Source: an uncultured Streptantibioticus sp. (lineage in GTDB: Bacteria > Actinomycetota > Actinomycetes > Streptomycetales > Streptomycetaceae). From it: DNA of 56,166 nucleotides. Within the stretch, counting starts at the first letter, position 1, and each line of letters opens with the position of its first letter. Where the stretch lies: NCBI GenBank assembly GCA_964398515.1, contig CAYNNX010000004.1, positions 1-56,166 on the forward strand, written 5' to 3'. This document shows, one piece after another, positions 50,862-56,166 of this stretch. The notes below the pieces were generated by a model. It saw only the letters and a program-made list of their open reading frames with translations, was not told the origin of the DNA and did not search any database. Position numbers and translations under genes: made by a program.

Positions 50862-51778
50862 CGTGCTTCCACTCCTCCGGGGCCCTCCGGGATCCGAACG
50901 GCCTGGCCGGTGACGCGGACGCGGGGATCGCCGGGGGTCACGTCCACGAGGATGTCGCTGGGGCGGCCCATGTCCTGCCCTTGGCGGATACGGACCCGGG
51001 TCGGCTGGTCCACCAGGCCCAGGGATCGCAAGTAGCCGCCGAAGGCGGCGGCCGCGGCGCCGGTGGCCGGGTCCTCCACGACACCGCCGACCGGGAACGG
51101 GTCACGGGCGTGGAAGCCGAAGCGGTGGGCGTCCTCACGCCACACCAGGTGGACGGTGGTCCACCCGTGGAGCCGCATGACCGCCTCCAGCGCGCTGAAG
51201 TCGTAGTCGAGGGCGGCGAGCCGCCGGCGTGTGCGGGCGGCGATGACGAGGTGGTCGTTGCCGGCGAAGGCGACGTGCGGGGGAAGGGCCGGGTCGAGCT
51301 CCTCCCGACTCCAGCGCAGGGCTTTCAGCGCCGGCTCGATCTCGGCGTCCTCCGCCGGGCGGGAGCGAGCGGGGACGCTGGTGAGGGTGGCTCGGGGCGG
51401 CCCGTCGCCGGTTTCCGTCGCCACGCGGACGACCCCCGCCCGGGTGTCGAAGACGAGTTCGCCGGGGCCGGCGCTCTCGGCGAGAGCGACGGCCGTGGCC
51501 ACGGTGGCGTGCCCGCAGAAGGCGACTTCGGCGCGGGGGCTGAAGTAGCGCAGCCGATAGCGGCGCGCCGCCTCGTCCCGCTCGGTGACGAACGCGGTCT
51601 CGGAGTACCCGATCCGGGCGGCGATGGACAGCATCTCGTCGTCCCCCAGCGCTCCGGCGTCGAGGACGACACCGGCGGGGTTGCCGCCCGAAGGGTCGGT
51701 GGTGAAGGCGGAGTAGCGCAGGACGTCGACGGCGTCCGCGCTCGTTTGCGGGGTGGCTTCTGCGATCGGGTCGGTCAT
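50858..51778 (-). CDS. PhzF family isomerase-like protein
   Basis: Start at ATG 51778. Motifs FTTDPSGGNPAGVV, ETAF and AFCGHATVA. Its stop overlaps the downstream dehydrogenase ATG by 4 nt. Confidence 0.85.
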   Translation of the reverse strand: MTDPIAEATPQTSADAVDVLRYSAFTTDPSGGNPAGVVLDAGALGDDEMLSIAARIGYSETAFVTERDEAARRYRLRYFSPRAEVAFCGHATVATAVALAESAGPGELVFDTRAGVVRVATETGDGPPRATLTSVPARSRPAEDAEIEPALKALRWSREELDPALPPHVAFAGNDHLVIAARTRRRLAALDYDFSALEAVMRLHGWTTVHLVWREDAHRFGFHARDPFPVGGVVEDPATGAAAAAFGGYLRSLGLVDQPTRVRIRQGQDMGRPSDILVDVTPGDPRVRVTGQAVRIPEGPGGVEAR

Positions 51779-51799
51779 GGGTGCAACGTTCGCACCCAT

Positions 51800-51819
51800 G
51801 CGATATCGCGTCCAACGAT
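51800..51819. promoter_or_regulatory. candidate LysR box: palindrome GCGATATCGC overlapping the dyad ATCG-N7-CGAT (contains T-N11-A)
   Basis: Located in the 89-bp divergent spacer between the PhzF start (51778) and the LysR start (51868). Confidence 0.3.
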
Positions 51820-51867
51820 TGTTTTCGGTTGGGCCGATCGGATACTGCGATAGGCGGGTACGATCAG

Positions 51868-52761
51868 GTGGTGGACACCCGACTCCTGCGCACGTTCACC
51901 ACCCTGGCGAAGACCGGGAGCTTCACCGCCGCGGCCGCCGAACTCCACCTCGCCCAGTCGACCGTCACCGTCCAGGTCCGCTCGCTGGAACGGGATCTGG
52001 GAACGCGGCTGTTCGACCGGGTGCCCACGGGCGCGCTGCTCACCAGCGCCGGGCGGCGGTTGCTCGAAGAAGCCGAGGCGGTGCTGGACGCCGAGGCCCG
52101 GCTGCGGGCTGCGGCGGCGGCCGGGAACGGCGACGGCACGGTGGAGGGACAGGTCACCGTAGGGGCGGGGGAGTCGCTGTGCGCGTCGCGACTGCCCGGA
52201 GTGATCGCCTCACTGCGGCGCACCCATCCCGGAATCGACGTCCACCTGCGCCCGGTGGGCAGCGCCGCGGCCGTGGCGGGGCTGCGCGCGGGACGGCTCG
52301 ACATAGCGCTGCTCCTGGAGCCCGAGGTGAACTTCGCCGACCTGGTGGCCCGGCTCATAGCGCGCGAACCGCTCGTGTATGTGGCATCCCCCGACCACCC
52401 GCTCGCCGGGCGCAAGGCCGGGTGGGAGGAACTGGCCGGGGAGAGCTTCTTCGTGCACGAGGAGGGGTGCTCGTACAGCGATCACCTCGTGCGCACCCTG
52501 CTGGCGCTGCCCGGATCGCAGCCCCGGCTCACGCGGTTCGGCAGCATCGAGGCCGCCCGCTCGTGCGTGGCCGCGGGGCTGGGGCTCACGCTGCTGCCCC
52601 GGGCGACGGTCGAGCGGCAGTTGCGCGACGGGACCCTGGCGGTGGTCGACGGCCCGGCGATCCCACCGGTACCGGTGCAGCTGACCCGGCACCGCCGGCG
52701 CTGGGTCGCCCCGGCCGCCCGGGTCGCCTCCGACGAGCTCACGCGGCTCATCCCCGCCTGA
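51868..52761 (+). CDS. LysR family transcriptional regulator
   Basis: Start at GTG 51868 (or 51871) inside track ORF 51781..52761. HTH motif FTAAAAELHLAQSTVTVQVRSLE. Confidence 0.9.
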   Translation: MVDTRLLRTFTTLAKTGSFTAAAAELHLAQSTVTVQVRSLERDLGTRLFDRVPTGALLTSAGRRLLEEAEAVLDAEARLRAAAAAGNGDGTVEGQVTVGAGESLCASRLPGVIASLRRTHPGIDVHLRPVGSAAAVAGLRAGRLDIALLLEPEVNFADLVARLIAREPLVYVASPDHPLAGRKAGWEELAGESFFVHEEGCSYSDHLVRTLLALPGSQPRLTRFGSIEAARSCVAAGLGLTLLPRATVERQLRDGTLAVVDGPAIPPVPVQLTRHRRRWVAPAARVASDELTRLIPA

Positions 52762-52796
52762 CGCGCAGCCCCACTCTCCCCCTGGCGAGCCCGCCA

Positions 52797-52989
52797 CCTC
52801 GCGCTCGATCCAGCGGCAGATCACGTCGGCCACATAGGCGCGTTCCGCGCGGCTCAGTTCCCGTCCCTCGGGGATCCGGTGCCAGCGCTGGAGGCAGGTA
52901 CGGCAGCAGGTGGCGGTCGCGTGCTGGGCCGGCCCACAGGCTCGTATTGCGGCTCCCACACACCGCTTGAACCCCTTACACGGATCCAA
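52797..52989 (-). pseudogene. probable remnant of a DUF4186-type gene (only the C-terminal conserved core is present)
   Basis: The frame reads ...AQHATATCCRTCLQRWHRIPEGRELSRAERAYVADVICRWIERE. From memory this matches the conserved end of DUF4186 proteins. The expected N-terminal 60-80 codons are absent. There is no stop until the frame has run antisense through the whole LysR gene (to 52210). Confidence 0.4.
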
Positions 52990-53020
52990 CCTACGGTGTC
53001 GTAACCTACCGTGCCGTAGG
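52988..53020. repeat. tandem 15-bp direct repeat (AACCTACGGTGTCGT / AACCTACCGTGCCGT) with embedded inverted arms CCTACGG...CCGTAGG
   Basis: 13 of 15 positions are identical between the units (52988-53002 and 53003-53017). The repeat ends 35 nt upstream of the desaturase GTG (53055). Candidate operator. Confidence 0.35.
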
Positions 53021-53054
53021 TGCCGCTGTTGCCATCCCCCCGCCTGGAGCCGTT

Positions 53055-54017
53055 GTGACCACTGCCGCCGCCCGTCCCCGTACTTCGCAGACGTGGAGTG
53101 ACGTCCAGCTGCTGCACGCCCTGGAGGAAGTGGTCGAGACCGAGCTCGACCGCCACCTCAGGGTCGCCAAGGAGTGGATGCCCCACGAGTACGTGCCCTG
53201 GAGCGACGGCCGGAACTTCGACGGTGAGCTCGGCGGCGAGGCCTGGTCCCCCGAGCAGTCCAAGGTTTCCGACATAGGCCGCATCTCGCTGGTGGTCAAT
53301 CTGCTGACCGAGGACAACCTGCCCAGTTACCACCACGAGATCGCCACCCTCTTCGGTCGGGACGGCGCCTGGGGAACGTGGGTCCACCGGTGGACCGCCG
53401 AGGAGGGTCGGCACGCCATCGTGATGCGCGACTACCTGCTCACTTCACGGGCCGTCGACCCTGTCGAGCTCGAACGTCTGCGCATGAAGCACATGTCGGC
53501 GGGCTTCGAGTCGGACAACAGCCACAGCATGCTTCACTCGGTGGCCTACGTGGCCTTCCAGGAGCTGGCCACCCGCATCTCGCACCGCAACACCGGGCTC
53601 CACGCCGGCGACCCGGTGTGCGACCGGATGCTGGCCCGGATCGCCACCGACGAGAACCTGCACATGGTCTTCTACCGCAACCTGCTGGCGGCTGCCCTGC
53701 AGCTCGCACCCGACCAGGCGATGCGGGCCGTCGCGGACGTGGTCACCGGCTTCAGGATGCCTGGTCACGGGATGCCCGGCTTCGAGCGGGCAGCGGCCCG
53801 GATCGCCATCGGCGGGGTATACAACCTGCGCATCCACCACGACGACGTGCTGCTACCGGTGCTGCGCCATCTGAAGGTGCTGGAGATCTCCGGGCTCGGC
53901 GCTCAGGGGCTGCAAGCGCAGGACGAGATCGGCCTGTTCATGGGCGGCCTCGACGACCAGGCCAAGCGCTTCGACGAGCGGCGGGCCGCTCTGCTGGCCC
54001 GCCGCCGTAACGGCTGA
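53055..54017 (+). CDS. soluble diiron acyl-ACP desaturase (DesA-type)
   Basis: 320-aa track ORF with GTG start. Diiron ligand motifs WTAEEGRHA (EExRH) and IATDENLHMVFY (DExxH). Confidence 0.9.
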   Translation: MTTAAARPRTSQTWSDVQLLHALEEVVETELDRHLRVAKEWMPHEYVPWSDGRNFDGELGGEAWSPEQSKVSDIGRISLVVNLLTEDNLPSYHHEIATLFGRDGAWGTWVHRWTAEEGRHAIVMRDYLLTSRAVDPVELERLRMKHMSAGFESDNSHSMLHSVAYVAFQELATRISHRNTGLHAGDPVCDRMLARIATDENLHMVFYRNLLAAALQLAPDQAMRAVADVVTGFRMPGHGMPGFERAAARIAIGGVYNLRIHHDDVLLPVLRHLKVLEISGLGAQGLQAQDEIGLFMGGLDDQAKRFDERRAALLARRRNG

Positions 54018-54045
54018 GCCGCTCGGCGGGTGCGCGAGCGCCAAC

Positions 54046-54077
54046 GGGTTCCCACGGCCTTGAGGCTGTGGGAACCC
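54046..54077. terminator. strong hairpin (10-bp perfect stem) 28 nt after the desaturase stop
   Basis: GGGTTCCCAC (54046-54055), a 12-nt loop, then GTGGGAACCC (54068-54077). It is followed by GAAAAC rather than a U-tract. Confidence 0.45.
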
Positions 54078-54305
54078 GAAAACGCGACGCCGCACGCACA
54101 CAGCACGAACAGAATCCGCCACACACGCCGACGGCCGTACGGCAGCAGACGTCCGGCGTTGAATGCGCGGCCTGTGCTCGCGGACCGGCGGCACCGGCTC
54201 GGCCCACCGCCGCAAGTCGTCCGTCACCAGCCGCAGTCGGGCCTTCCCCCGTGACGTGTCCGACGGGCCGCCGCAGCCATGGCGGGGGCCCCGCGAAGCT
54301 CTCTG

Positions 54306-55910
54306 TCAGCTGGTTCGGGCAGCCTCATGGCTGCCGCCTCCCTGATCACCGCGCTCCGGGCGACGGCGCCGGCCGCGGCGACGTTCGCCCGACCGCCCGT
54401 CGCCGGTGCCGCTTCCGGTGCCGGCACCGGTGCTGCCGACGGTCGTGTTCCGCTGGCCGCTGCGCTGTGCCTGCCGCCCCTTGGGCTGCGGCCCCGCTTT
54501 CGCCCTGGCCGCCTTCGCCTTGGCCGCCCTCGCCGTCTGCTTCGGCTGGGCGGCGGGCTGCGGCACCTCCAGCGCCACGGGCACACCAGAAGGCTCCCGC
54601 GCACCCGTGAGCCGAGCCAACTCCTCGTCGGTGGACCTGATCCTGGCCGTGCACGCGCTGATCCCCGCGTCGGCCATCAGTCGCGACATCTCCCTCTTCT
54701 GCTCGGGCAGCACCAGCGTCACCACACTGCCGGACTCCCCCGCCCTGGCGGTGCGCCCGCCACGGTGCAGATAGTCCTTGTGATCGGTCGGCGGATCGAT
54801 GTTCACGACCAGGTCGAGATCGTCGACGTGAATGCCGCGGGCCGCCACGTTGGTCGCCACGAGCGCGGTGACCTGGCCGTTCTTGAACTGGTCGAGGGTG
54901 CGATTGCGTTGCGGCTGCGACCGGCCGCCGTGCAGCGCGGCCGCTCGTACGCCGTTGGCCAGCAGCCGCTTGGCGAAACGGTCCGCTGCACGCTTGGTGT
55001 CCACGAAAAGGATCACCCTGCCGTCGCGGGCCGCGATGCGCGTGGCCACGGCCTTCTTCTCGGTCTCGTCCGCGACATGCAGCACATGGTGGTCCATGGT
55101 GGTCACCGCGCCCGCGGACGGGTCGACGGAGTGGACCACGGGATCGGTCAGGAACATCTGGACGAGCCGGTCGATGTTCTTGTCCAGCGTCGCCGAGAAG
55201 AGCATCCGCTGCCCGTCCGGCTCGACCTGCTTGAGCAGCGCCGTGACCTGCGGCATGAAGCCCATGTCGGCCATCTGGTCGGCCTCGTCGAGGACCGTGA
55301 TCGACACCCGTTCGAGGGCGCAGTCGCCACGCTCTATGAGGTCTTTCAACCGCCCGGGCGTGGCCACCAGTACCTCGGCACCTCGCCGCAGCGTGGCTGC
55401 CTGCTTGGCGATGGAGAGCCCGCCGACGACCGTGGCCAAACGCAGGTTCACAGCCGTCGCGTAGGGCGTGAGGGCGTCGGTGACCTGTTGCGCGAGCTCA
55501 CGCGTGGGCACCAGCACCAGCGCGAGCGGCGCCTTCGGCTCGGCGCGACGGCCCGCGGTGCGCGCGAGCAGTGCGAGGCCGAAGGCGAGTGTCTTGCCCG
55601 AGCCGGTCCGGCCCCGGCCGAGGATGTCACGTCCCGCGAGGGAGTTGGGCAGTGTCGCGCCCTGGATCGGGAAGGGCTCGGTCATCCCCTGGTCAGCGAG
55701 GGTCTTCGCCAGGGCGGCAGGCAGCTCCAACGCGTCGAACGTCTCGACGGCGGGCAACGCGGGGGTGACGGATTCCGGCAGCCTGAATTCCTGTGGGGGC
55801 GCGGCCTTGCGTGCGGGGACCTTGCCGGTGCCCTGGGCGGAGCCCCGGGCGCGGGCCCTGCCACGAGAATTCGCCGGCCGCCTGCCGGCGGGGCGTTCGG
55901 ATCGAGTCAT
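54306..55910 (-). CDS. DEAD-box ATP-dependent RNA helicase with an Arg/Gly-rich C-terminal tail
   Basis: Start at ATG 55910 (AGGAAGG SD). Motifs GRTGSGKTLAF, PTRELA, VLDEADQM, SAT and HRGGRTARAG. Confidence 0.9.
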   Translation of the reverse strand: MTRSERPAGRRPANSRGRARARGSAQGTGKVPARKAAPPQEFRLPESVTPALPAVETFDALELPAALAKTLADQGMTEPFPIQGATLPNSLAGRDILGRGRTGSGKTLAFGLALLARTAGRRAEPKAPLALVLVPTRELAQQVTDALTPYATAVNLRLATVVGGLSIAKQAATLRRGAEVLVATPGRLKDLIERGDCALERVSITVLDEADQMADMGFMPQVTALLKQVEPDGQRMLFSATLDKNIDRLVQMFLTDPVVHSVDPSAGAVTTMDHHVLHVADETEKKAVATRIAARDGRVILFVDTKRAADRFAKRLLANGVRAAALHGGRSQPQRNRTLDQFKNGQVTALVATNVAARGIHVDDLDLVVNIDPPTDHKDYLHRGGRTARAGESGSVVTLVLPEQKREMSRLMADAGISACTARIRSTDEELARLTGAREPSGVPVALEVPQPAAQPKQTARAAKAKAARAKAGPQPKGRQAQRSGQRNTTVGSTGAGTGSGTGDGRSGERRRGRRRRPERGDQGGGSHEAARTS

Positions 55911-55946
55911 GGGCAAATACCTTCCTGGGCCTCACGGACAGCACAA

Positions 55947-55981
55947 GCCGGGACCCGCGCCGCGAAGGCGCGGGTCCCGGC
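55947..55981 (-). terminator. 15-bp perfect-stem hairpin between the cold-shock gene and the helicase gene
   Basis: GCCGGGACCCGCGCC, loop GCGAA, then GGCGCGGGTCCCGGC. It starts 22 nt after the csp stop. On the minus strand it is followed by TTGTGC. Confidence 0.6.
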
Positions 55982-56002
55982 TGCCGGGTGCGAGCCCCCG
56001 AA

Positions 56003-56166
56003 TCAGGCGGGGACGATGTTCTCCGCCTGCGGGCCCTTCTGGCCCTGGGTGATGTCGAAGGAGACCTTCTGGCCCTCGTGGAGCTCGCGGAAGCCCGAGG
56101 TGGCGATGTTGGAGTAGTGGGCGAAGACGTCGGCGCCGCCGCCGTCCTGCTCGATGAAGCCGAAGC
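56003..56166 (-). CDS. CspA-family cold-shock protein, 5' end outside the window
   Basis: The reverse frame reads ..[53 protein letters not shown] followed by a stop. The RNP1 (FGFI) and RNP2 (VFAHYS) motifs are present. Confidence 0.9.
   Translation of the reverse strand, partial: FGFIEQDGGGADVFAHYSNIATSGFRELHEGQKVSFDITQGQKGPQAENIVPA

Noticed and set aside
53903-54124. 73-aa minus ORF starting MWRILFVLCACGVAF (signal/lipobox-like)
   Set aside because: It has poor GC3, overlaps the desaturase 3' end, contains the 54046-54077 hairpin, and the rest of the translation is Arg-rich.

Overview
Very high-GC DNA with strong GC3 bias, typical of a Streptomyces-type actinobacterial chromosome. I count about 47 protein-coding genes on both strands (two cut by the window edges) and one probable gene remnant. 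I found no rRNA or tRNA genes, no CRISPR array, and no transposase, integrase or phage genes, so this reads as ordinary chromosomal DNA rather than an obvious island. Left to right the window contains: an MprF/LysX-type lipid-lysylation domain protein; a tandem-TOBE (Mop) protein; a subtilisin-inhibitor (SSI) protein; four cobalamin ring-maturation genes (cobL, cbiD, cobK, cobH) on alternating strands; a His-rich CDF metal exporter; a Tat-secreted PD40/TolB-like amidohydrolase; three APC-family permeases; an XRE-HTH / HExxH-peptidase / 7-TM membrane trio; a divergent FAD-oxidoreductase and squalene/phytoene-synthase-like pair; a hypothetical-permease-copper amine oxidase operon; a PAS-PAS-GAF-PP2C-HATPase regulator; a GH3 lipoprotein; a TetR plus CoA-transferase pair; a GT-C glycosyltransferase preceded by a 6-codon leader ORF; a deacetylase / GT28 / SDR / DMT set; an ECF sigma factor fused to a ZAS anti-sigma domain, a TM helix and a Pro/Thr-rich tail; an orphan paaK; an OmpR/HK two-component system followed by a secreted glycoside-hydrolase-like protein; SRPBCC, MDR dehydrogenase, PhzF and LysR genes; an acyl-ACP desaturase; a DEAD-box helicase; and a cold-shock gene. 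The best novelty candidates are (1) the HTH / ImmA-IrrE-like peptidase / polytopic membrane protein module at 15.4-18.1 kb, (2) the single-polypeptide sigma/anti-sigma/TM/PT-rich protein at 40.6-42.1 kb, and (3) the orphan terpenoid-type pair at 18.1-20.4 kb. None of these can be proven novel from sequence alone. All functional calls rest on motif recognition by eye plus the supplied ORF track; no homology or covariance-model search was run. Start codons and non-coding elements are the least certain items.
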